Positions 10,708 through 21,247 of a stretch of DNA of 64,000 nt are shown here, piece after piece. The stretch lies in NCBI RefSeq assembly GCF_947568905.1, contig NC_079167.1, positions 68,944,001-69,008,000 on the forward strand, given 5' to 3'. How positions within the stretch are numbered: the first letter of the stretch is position 1; each line of letters begins with the position of its first letter. The notes beneath the pieces were generated by a model. It had not been told where the DNA came from. It did not search any database and was given only the letters and a program-made list of their open reading frames with translations. Both the position numbers and the translations under genes were made by a program. This DNA comes from Ostrea edulis. Its lineage: Eukaryota.

Positions 10708-13700
10708 CTACAATTTGCGTTTCAGATCGTAGGTGACTAGTCTCTCTTCACGCCGTCCTTCCCAATCTTGCAGTTCCTCTTTCGAAAGCATATGTCTCAT
10801 AATATCTGACATCAATTTATCACAGTCGCCAAACACGCGGGACCCTAGCATAGACCTTCCATCCTCCTCCATGTCACAACAGACGGCGTCATAGGGGGTG
10901 CCTTGTCTGAAAGGAAATGCAGTATTTTCATCAATATGTCGATTCAATATATCCAAGTGCCACAGAGTCTTCCATATCTGCTTTGTACATAGATATTTGA
11001 TTGAACATAGATGTTAAAGGCAAACGAAACTTTAATACAAACGGGATGACTTCAGCTTCTCCATCGTCAACTTCCCATATTTATGTAGCAATATTCCATT
11101 ATCACCTGCATATGGTGGTTATATCTCTCAACTATTTCAATACGCAAGAGTTCGTTCTGCGTATGATCAGTTTTAAAATCGAATCGGGCTACTGACGTAC
11201 AAGTAGATGTTACAGGGGTTTCAACAGTTTCGTTTAAGGTAATTCCACTAAGTTCAATTTTATATTTTATTATTGATTCTTCAAATAATACATCTTAGTA
11301 AGAAAAGGTGAAGATAACGAACAGTGATCGATCTCGATCATAACTCCTATAAGCAATAATAAAAGTGATAAAGTTAGTATGTTGCGGTTTTAATAATTTT
11401 TCATCAATTAGCACACATATATCTTTATCAATGTCAGAAAATTGCAATTTTCTTTAAACAGCATTACCAAAATTTCATAAAAAATTGTTAAAACAATATA
11501 ATAGTATTTATAACAATTTCATGAAACTGTTTCTTTAAAAAAAAAAAAATACAAACTGTTTGTGAAAAATAAAGGAAATCTATCGAATAATGGACTTGAT
11601 AAAGGATTCAATGAAAACAGAGTTATTGCCTTTGGATTCAATATTTTCAAACATATAATTGATTATTCAAATATAACTAAAACTTTTGAAATATTTCATG
11701 GTTAACAAGATTTTTAAAAATAACTATTGAAAAAGACTCCAACAAAATTTATGTTCCTGTCATGCATAAATCTTAATAAATCATTGACTTTGCAAAATCT
11801 TATGACGTCACAGGAGGGTGGAAATACGTTAAAGTCAGCATTTCGCAAAACTTTTATGGTCGTTATAACGATCTAGTTTGCCAATACAACCTGTAATTGG
11901 GTCAACTACTGTCTGACGTGTTTAATACCAATAGTTAGGTCGTTCTTTATACACTGATTTTTTACTACTACGGATTACTCCATTTATCTGATCAAATAGA
12001 GGGCTAATGGCGGATGCTTACTCTTCCTAGGCACCTGATCCCACCTCTGGTATGTCCAGGGGTCCGTGTTTGCCCAACTCTTAATTTTGTTTTCTTTCTA
12101 GGAGTTATGAGGTTGATCACTGATCTTTATCTTCACCTTTTCAGTATACAGATTGCAATTAAATTTAAAGACAGTTTAGATATTGGTTGTTTTAAATTTA
12201 CAACAATCATGGGTATGTAATATTATATTATTACGCTGCAACGGCAACTTGGTAAACAGTTTGGTGAAGAAATACCTGCAGCTATGTCAAATTCGAATTT
12301 GTTTCAATTAAATTTCTCCAGTAACCTATCACACTTTTATCATACAGATGTATATTTTAGAAATGCACCTGTTACAAATAACTAGACGGGTTGGTTTTTC
12401 CCCCATTTCCACCAAAGAGTTCGCTGGGGAGACTTGAAGTGTGGATCCAAGAGTTATGACGAGATCCGCCCGTTCTGCGTGGTGGACTGCGTTCCCTAGT
12501 ACATCTTCCTCCAAGTAATCTCCGAAGTTGATGATTGTGTTCATCAGATACCCTCCACATTTCTGGAAAAAACACAATGCACCGGTACACTCTGGTTTAA
12601 ATCAGATCTTTGATCCGCTCCGTTATTGTTAAAGTGCAGCGACATAACAATAACGGAGCGGATCAAATGTCTTATTTCAATCAGTTTGCGCACGTGTGTA
12701 TATACCATCTTTAATATATCTCATTTACATAATTAATGTATTTCATCTGCATTGACAAAACATGTAACAACACCCACGAACAGTTGTCATGAAAGGATCA
12801 TCAATTGTAAATCGAAAAGCTCCCAAAGCATCATTTTAAGTGAGCGTAAACAACTATATCTTAGCTATGCAAAACGACTTTTTGAATGTTATGTAATGGC
12901 CAACAACAAATAAACTAGAATGTCGTAGATTAATGTCTACAACGAATGTTACACATTTTGTGGAGTATTCGCAAGCAACATCAAAGACTAGCGCGGTTTA
13001 ATTAATAGTGCCGTACATATAGACGTAATGACAAAACCCACCTGGTTCATGCACACGCCCCCGGTTCGGTGATTTATGTGGCACCGCTCGCACACTTTGG
13101 GAGGAACAGAGGTAGACTGTGCCTTACATCTGGTATTCTTCTCATAACGTTTGCCGCATTTTTCGCATTTCTCCAAAAATGCATTACCGTGTAGTTCAGA
13201 TATCATGGATTCTTGTATTCCGGAAAGTCTGTGCAAGCCGTCTGTGTTTTGACTGATGACATATTTGATATATCCCAGCTCCACTAGTTTTAACAAGGCC
13301 TCGTGTGTGTACGTAGGACGTAAGTCTGCAAGTCTGTAGCCTCCTTTTTTAGATAAACCCCTTTGACCTGTTAAGTTGAAAAATATGCATATGAGGAACT
13401 ATTTTATCAGTATTTAAAAAAAGGGGGAGGGACACACATACATAAAGATTGCTCCATGGTTAATGAAATATCAACGAAGTTGAAGTACTATACGTCATTT
13501 ACGTTAGACCTTTTGAAATATACTCTTTCAAACATCAAAGTGAAAATGACACAAACTTTCTGAAGATTTCAGTGTACCGTATTGTTTGACTTTGTCTTGC
13601 GTGGTCCATTTGCCGTGAATTCCTCGAAAGTCCCCAATTCCGGCCGCTGTTGATATTCCAGCACCTTCATAAAAGTTAGTGTGTGGTAATCACATTATTG

Positions 13701-15240
13701 TTTCATTGTTCTTTGAAAATAAATTTAGAGCCTTTAACAAAACTTAACCCGAACATGTTTTTAAAAAAACCACAGTCATAAAAAAATAGCTGTGAATTCT
13801 GTGGAAGTTTTCCCCACCCCCCTTGAGAGGCTTCCCGCCCTCGGCAGTTTCCGGGCCACAATGCATATGTGTCCGGACCTTTAACTAAGAAGAATTGATT
13901 TATCATACCAGTGAAGGCGATGCAATAGTTAGATTTTTTGATGAGTTGAGCAATTCGTTCGCCCTCCTCCTTGATCTTTTTTAAGGAATGGTGAGTTTCT
14001 GCAGTTTTAGCGGCTTCGCGTATCATGTCTTTCTCCATTTCCGGCAGAACTACGATGATGCTGGATGGGCTTTTCGCACAGGCCGATCTCCACAGAGAAT
14101 TCCAACAGTCGATATGGAACATGGCCATTCCATTTTCATCCCACTTGACTTTGAATCCTAGTAAGTGTAAAGTTTGTTACAATTTAGTGAGTCACTTCAG
14201 TCTCGCCTTGTCCATCAGACTATATACAGGAATAGTCTTTTAAATTCCTTTCTTTTGATGAAGTTTCACGGTTAGAGTACAATTTAATGGCATAATTAAT
14301 AGGCAAATACCCTCAAGTGATGAAGCTTCATGTTTGCTCAAATCATTACCCCCAGGGACCAGGTTCGTCTCACCCCCCCCCCCCCCCGGCGGGAGGGGGG
14401 AGGGGGGCACAATTAAAATTTAAAGTTTTACATAAAGAATGTAGGGTTGAATAAACCTTCTACGAGCAATATGGGTTTCAGTTTGTCAAATAAGTATGAA
14501 AGCATCCTCATGAACTTCTGGGACCAATGAGATGGAGTCAAGTAAGTGTAAAATTGATTATCAATTTATTCATTCAATTCATTTATTGATAACCATAATA
14601 GGTGTAAAATGTAAAAATCTCCATGTCGGGTATATACCTTTTTTACTCTGGAGCCAGAGTGGGTCCACTACAGGGGTTTAAAGATTCCCATTCTCTAAGT
14701 GTCTCAACATATACATGTACATGCATCAACAATAACTGTCTTGACCCCGAACCCAAACCTGCGGGAGGGCAGGGATATTTCAGGTAAAGTCAACAGAAGG
14801 ACTGAATGTTAGATCTATTTTTTTTTTTTAATGATACAATCATCTACAAAGCAAGAGATCGAAATTAAATTCCAATATTTGAACACACTTTAATTTGATT
14901 TATAAATATTGATATCATACCTATGCTACGGATATGAAAAGTACCTTCTGTGTTTCTCACTCTATTCTAGATTTCTGTTGATAAGTTTAATCGTTGTACT
15001 GACAACCCCCAGCAATGGGCCCAAGTAGTTTTGGTTTGATCTAATTAATACATACATATCTAAAGTTTTCTTTTTCGTTATAAGGAAATATCAAATTCAA
15101 ACTAGATAGATCAATATACCTTTCTGTTCACATTTATCTACGCAGTATGCTCTTACATCCGTCCGCCCGTCTGTAATCAAAAGTGGATCCCTTTTGCATT
15201 CAATGAAACAACAATGCCCCATTACGTCTTTGCTTGCCAT
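10708..15240 (-). CDS. Class IV (SIRT6/7-like) NAD-dependent deacylase copy C, 6 exons, 391 aa, N-terminal CCHC module
   Basis: Exons 15240..15120 (MASKDVMGHCCFIECK..., ACCATGG start), 14157..13909, 13664..13578, 13367..13042, 12562..12369, 10906..10708 (1176 nt). Exons 3-6 have the same lengths as in copy B (87/326/194/199). Motifs GAGISTAAGIGDFRG, SQNTDGLH, ELHGN. Confidence 0.92.
12010..12142 (+). mobile_element. Dispersed repeat fragment (GGATGCTTACTC...CACCTGATCCCACC...GGAGTTATGAG)
   Basis: Also at about 3625-3785 (+) and, reversed, at about 11300-11360 and 43780-43880; class not determined. Confidence 0.6.
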
Positions 15241-15480
15241 GGTTTTTCGATCTCTGCAATGTCTATCACTGAGAATTTCACAATAACCTCACTTTCTGTA
15301 ACTTGAAGATCTATCTTTAATGTGGCATTGCGGGATACAACATGTATTCTATACGAGTCAGTGTTTATTTTCGTGAATTACGGAACGATCCTTTCTGTTT
15401 ACATCCGCAAAACTAGTAGATAGGTGACGTCATAGGTTAAAAATATACAAAGGGGTTTTCCATTGTTGACTAGGATATTA

Positions 15481-16130
15481 TAACAGAGGCCCACAGGCCT
15501 TATCGGTCACCTGAATATCAGACTATCTCCAAGGGCTACGAAATCCATACTAAGTTTCCTGTTCTGCTCATTATTCAACAGCAATATAAAACAAGATTTG
15601 TTATAAACAAAGAAACCGGTAATTTTGTCTGTAATAATAATAGTACGGGTCTAGATACCATACCACCACCCCTAATAATAATAATAAACTATCGAATACT
15701 GCGTTCCATCTAATTGAAGTTTTGAGTAAAAATTCGTTTCATGCCAAATTTGGTCCCACCGTAGCTGGAGTCAGAACCTTTAACCTGCATGCTCTAAGTG
15801 ACTACATGTATATACATGTATATGCATCAGGGTTTTTCTTATAGATATGCAATTTGAGAGAGAAAGATTTTTGAAAAATTATGAATGTTTGGTGGTATTT
15901 GCCCAGGTGCTTCTTTTTCAAATTTGAAAAAAAAAAATTTGGAAAGGTAGTTATCAAGAAGACATTAAAAATGTTCAGTTTAATATCAACATTAATGCAC
16001 ACATTTAATCACCATGGCTATTGTGGCCCCACCCTGGATCATGGAATTTACAATTTTGGTCTATACCTGTTCTATAATGACTATACATTTAGTTTTTGGT
16101 GAATCCTGAGACCCTGGGGATATAGGAGTC
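15481..16130. mobile_element. Truncated Helentron-like non-autonomous element
   Basis: Begins AACAGAGGCCCACAGGCCTTATCGGTCACCTGA, the same terminus type as 35745 and 48834; a related fragment lies near 34475. Confidence 0.5.
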
Positions 16131-16189
16131 CTGACAAGTTATGTCTTACATGTCCCAAAGATGCAGAACTTTTCAAAATTGATATGAAA

Positions 16190-17345
16190 TTGACAGCAAA
16201 TGTTTCATATCCAATTTTTACAGACATCTGGAGTGATGCTGTTGTACAGGTCTAAAGTTTGCAATAAAGGTGTCATCGTCAGGGTAGCCAAGATAGGAGC
16301 GTTATTTGATTGCAATAATTGGAGAAGAATCACACTTCTATCTATACAAGCAAAATAATGGCGAAAATCATGATCAAGAGGATTTCAGGATCCATCGACG
16401 GCACACTTAGGAAAAATCAAGCTGGATTCCAAAAGGGAAAGGGCTGTACTAACCAAATTTTCATACTGAGAAATATTATCGAACAATGTACTGAATGGCA
16501 AGGACATCATTGACTTTGAAAAGGCCTTCGAGAGAATCCATAGAGACAGCCTATGGAAAATATTAAAAATCACACTGTATTCCACAGCATGTCATAAACC
16601 TAATAAAGACATTTTCTAATAACTTAGATTGCACCGTCGGGATAGCGCTAGCTTTTCAAGTGAAAACAGGAGTTAGACAAGGATGATTCATGTCATCAAC
16701 TTTATCTATCATAGCCATTGATTGGGTGTTACGACAAACAACTTCAGACATCCCAATATATAAGCATCAGATGGGGAACCTTTTCAGCCCTAGAAGATCT
16801 CGTCTTCGTTGATATTCTTGCCTTACTATCATACACACATCAGCATATCCAAGAGAAAACCACCAGATTAGAACCATATTCCAACCAAAAATGCCTAACG
16901 AATCAACACCAAAAAATACAAAATCCTGATTCTCAACAACTCAAAACTCACCGTCAGTACTTCTAGACAAACAAGCCCTACCTCAAACAGATACATTTAC
17001 ATTTCTTAGCAGTATAGTAAGAGTAGATGGTGGTGCTGCTACTGATATTAAACAACATCTGTCAAAAGCAAAAGCTGCATTTGACAACTTGAAGAATGTC
17101 TAGAAATCTGGCCAGTACACCACACACATCAAATTGAAACCGTTGTAATACCAACCCTGTTGTATGGTTCAGAATGTTCGAGAATGACTGAGGCTGACCA
17201 ACAAAAACTCTGCTCTGCATCTTCCATATAAAGACCTTTAGAAGAATCATACAAATATTTTGGCCATATAAGATCTCTAACCAGGACCTGTTTATTAGAT
17301 GCAATCAGGAAGACACGAAGATCATCAGAAGGTGGAGATGGATTG
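16190..17345 (+). mobile_element. Degenerate RTE-type LINE reverse transcriptase remnant
   Basis: Frameshifted RT motifs: LRKNQAGFQKGKGCTNQIFILRNIIEQCTEWQ, DFEKAF..IHRDSLWKIL, FQVKTGVRQG, AIDWVLRQTT, LEDLVFVDILALLS. Confidence 0.85.
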
Positions 17346-17923
17346 GGCACCAATAGTAGGTCACCCAAGTAAATCAGTACCTATCTCCACTAAAATAACA
17401 GCTATCATCAGTCTATATTCTAAATTATTGAACTCGTTAATAACTTCCTGAGTCACAAAAAGCATTCACCATTATTTAAAACTGTAAGTATGACAATTGT
17501 TGAGTTGAGTGACAGTTTACATGTCTACCGATGTAAACACAATCCCATCAGTGATCCCACCTTACATGTAACACAGGGGAAAGTACTATATCGGAATTAG
17601 CTGCAATGATGTAGCCCTCTCCAATTTTTTTATTCTGACACCCCCCACCCCCAAATGGAGAGGGCTGTATTATTGCAGCTATGTTGTAGCTACCACGTGT
17701 CTCATGAGGATAAAGCTGAATTACCTCCGCATAAAATGCAATAACACACATACCCCAATCTGCGTAGATCGTTACACTTTACTAGTGTAGCGATCTACGT
17801 GAGCTGATAATAGGATCCGATTTTAATCAGATTGATACTGTATATACACCATCAAGTTTGAAAGTGCATCATAAAGTTTGGGCCGAAAAATGTTTATATG
17901 CATACACATCTATTCTGGATATT

Positions 17924-18271
17924 TTAAGGTGGCTCACTACACCCAGAAATAGTTTCTCAAATAAGTATAAATTGATTTAATTATAAAGATAATGATGATA
18001 TACAATAAGTATATATGCCAAAAAGGCAGAAATATACAAATTTGGATAAAAACATGATTTTCAAAAAAATTATTTCAACACATATGAATAAAAGACTCTG
18101 GGGGATTTGAACTCGAGATCTGCGGTTTACAAGCCCAATGCTTTAACCACTGAGCTACGATGATAGACAAACAAATAGATCGATACAAATAATTTCACAA
18201 AACATTTAAATCGCCATCTTGTGACGTGGTGTCATACAGAGTATAAGCTTTAGTGTAGTGAGCTACCTTAA
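17924..18271. mobile_element. MITE with TTAA-flanked TIRs (Kolobok-like) containing a tRNA-derived segment
   Basis: TTAA|GGTGGCTCACTACAC ... GTGTAGTGAGCTACC|TTAA; A/B-box-like sequence on the minus strand at 18100-18158. Confidence 0.75.
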
Positions 18272-18969
18272 GTCAATAAGCAAAATAAATAAAATAATTC
18301 ACTAATCATATGAATATTTTAAAGATAATTTATTTTCTACAGGTATCTTTCTTCGATTCTATCAATAACCCTACATTCATTGAAAAAGAACAAGTATTTG
18401 CCAAGATCGAATAATAATAGTCTGAAGAATACATGTAAATGGAAAATAATTTGTTTATCAAAATGCAATTAAAAGATGAAATTCAAAACTCAACATTTTG
18501 ACTTGCTAGTTACTACAAATATCATCTGAACCAATAACTTGTGCATCCATCAACATACATATGGCATACATGTGAGTGTGCCTTCAACAAAAACACAGGG
18601 GCTGAGCCTATTAGTAACTGGAGGGGTCAATGTAACCCTCAATGACCCCAAACACAAAATGTACAATACAAAAATTACCCTCAGAGAATGTTAATTATGG
18701 TAAGACACACACAAAGCAAAAGACAAGGAGCAAGTCAAACATTTTACAACAGATGTGTTTAAAAAAGAAAAGAAATGCATGTATATACTGACAATTACAA
18801 TTTTACTTTATACAAAAAACTTAAATCTTCTTCAACAAAAACCTAGTAAAAGCATTCAATGACTTTATAAGGGATAACATCTATATTTCATACAAAATAT
18901 TGTCAATAAGACTTAATCTATGTATGCATGTATTATTACCTCATTAACTTGATGCATAGAATTGGATTA

Positions 18970-20513
18970 GGCCACATTTAAAAATATGTTTGTTTCCCCT
19001 CTCCCGACCCTAAATTTCAGAGGAAGGTCGGTAGGTAGGTAAAAAGTTTTGTTTTTTTTAGCTAGCAGAATTTTATTTATTATGAAATTCCCATAACCAT
19101 TAACAATGCCCGATACCAAACGTCGTGAATCACATCATCCATGTTTCCTCATCAAACTCGTATAGTCAGTTCTCGCGTAAATTCTGCTTTGATTGCCACG
19201 TTTTGCAATTAGGGAAGGTGTCGATATTTCGGACAGTACTTCATGTATTTTGGAAATGCTCATTATCTAACCACTAAACTTAGGCATTGGACTACATGTA
19301 TACATATTGGTTGATTCGACGAACATTGGGTTTCATCAGAATTTTCTCTGCTATTTATGCCACATACTAACACTTAAATAAAGTTAGGGAGAATGTTGCA
19401 ACTATGGACAATGGTGTTAGTTTTGGACACATGGTGTTATAAAATTGGTAAACTCGGTTGCTGTCTTTTATTTATGGTTCACTGACATTTTATTCTTTTG
19501 TTTTTTGCACATTATCTTAATTTGTATATGATAGTGATTTTGATTATATTTTTAAATGATATCGGTAGATCTAGTTTACCAGAAAACGTTTCAACGGGAC
19601 TTGATTTTGCCGATCAAACAAAATGGATGCTGACATCAACCAATCAGAGCTGAGTTACAAATGTGCATATAATTAGGTGTTTTCCAGTTTGTAAATATAG
19701 CATTAGTTCAGAAATAAGTTAAATTCAGAATGCTTCTGATTGACTGTCAAAAATATCGCATCCGTCCGAAATATCAGCACTTTCCCCTACTGAAGAACAC
19801 AACTTGCACACTGGATGCCCCGAATTCTCTTGTTTCCTCGCTCCTCGTATAGACAACATTTCTCCATCTCGATCTTGCAGATCACTAGTCCGAATTGCGA
19901 GCCGAATTCAATGTTAAACTCACTTGTAACTAATCAATAAAACAATCATGATTCTTGTACTTATTAATATCGATTAAAAGAAAATATCAATCCAAAATTC
20001 GATATTAAACAGAAACCAACAGTTGTAGTCAACCGAATTTTCACTGTCATTTGAGCAAACGAGTCTCGTGACTCAAAACAAAGCTCGACAGTTTGATAAA
20101 ATGTTTTCAAGAGACTGTTTATGTGATGAAAGAACCCATAAAATCGATATTAGTAAGTACAAGAAGAATCGTTTTATTGATTAGTTATGAGCTTAAAATT
20201 GAATTCGGCTTGTAAGTATTTGAAATCAGCCAGAGAATGCTGCCTCCAGCTGGAGGCGGCGAAATTTCTAGATTTCGGACCAGAACACCTCCTGTATTCG
20301 TATTATTATTTTTTTTATTTTGGATCGAAACCAAAGAAGATATAGAAAATTTTTGTCATTATAAAATACTGATCTGCACCAGAAACGACCTTGAAATTTT
20401 CTTAAAATTAAAAAAAAAACTTCACCAGAATGGCGTAATAAAAACTTATGGGTCGGTGTGAATTTTCAGACTCGGTCGGGCGAGGGGAAACAAACAATAT
20501 TTTTATTTTGGCC
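18970..20513. mobile_element. Non-autonomous DNA transposon (PIF/Harbinger-like), about 1.5 kb
   Basis: Imperfect ~45-bp TIRs GGCCACATTTAAAAATATGTTTGTTTCCCCTCTCCCGACC / GGTCGGGCGAGGGGAAACAAACAATATTTTTATTTTGGCC, flanked by TTA on both sides. Confidence 0.7.
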
Positions 20514-21247
20514 TTATGTCAAGTTGACATGCACAGATCATCAGATCAAACTCAACACTTTGCGTGAAGTTTGATCTGATGATTTGTGCCTATCAACGAG
20601 ATGTGATCCTATTCTTTGCACCAAGTTACTGTAGTAATGATAAATTTATCGTTTGCCCCCTTATGTATCTTTAAATACACATTTACATTAACAATGAGAT
20701 GATAAAATAATTCCTTAGTTAGCCAAAAGACAAGCATACAGTGAAATAATTTTCTGTGTAAGCAGTTTTGTCTGTGACGCTGTTGATCAATTTCCACAGA
20801 AACCTGAGTGGATGCATTGTGACATCATCAGTTTCTGAGAGAGATGATGTAGAATCAGAAAACCAGAGTGTCAGATCACACTGTGAAATCAACAGCACTG
20901 ACAACAATGGGAAAACAATGCGTATATAATAAAACAGAGTATCACGTAGTCCATAATGTCAAACTCAAAATGTTTCCCCGACAGTCAGACGCAGCAAGAG
21001 TCGCTCTGTGTATGAATTGTCAGAGTTTACAAAGACAATCTACAATGAACATTCAATCCAATATCACCCTGACATTGTTCCCATATACTACTATCTAAGT
21101 CATAACTGTGACTTTATAACAACAGTATCTACAGATCGCAATAATATAGATTATCTACAACAAATGTTTCAAAACTTCAACCAATGTCCTGATAGGTATA
21201 TAAATTAAATCACATAGAGGATGCCCATAATGAAAGATAAGAGAACT

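Noticed and set aside
18100-18158. tRNA-Thr(TGT) gene
   Set aside because: Acceptor and anticodon stems do not pair and it lies inside a MITE; treated as tRNA-derived.
20957-21208. Plus-strand ORF (YELSEFTKTIYNEH...)
   Set aside because: No recognisable family or splice context; stops upstream; lies in the likely ENKD1 3' UTR on the opposite strand.
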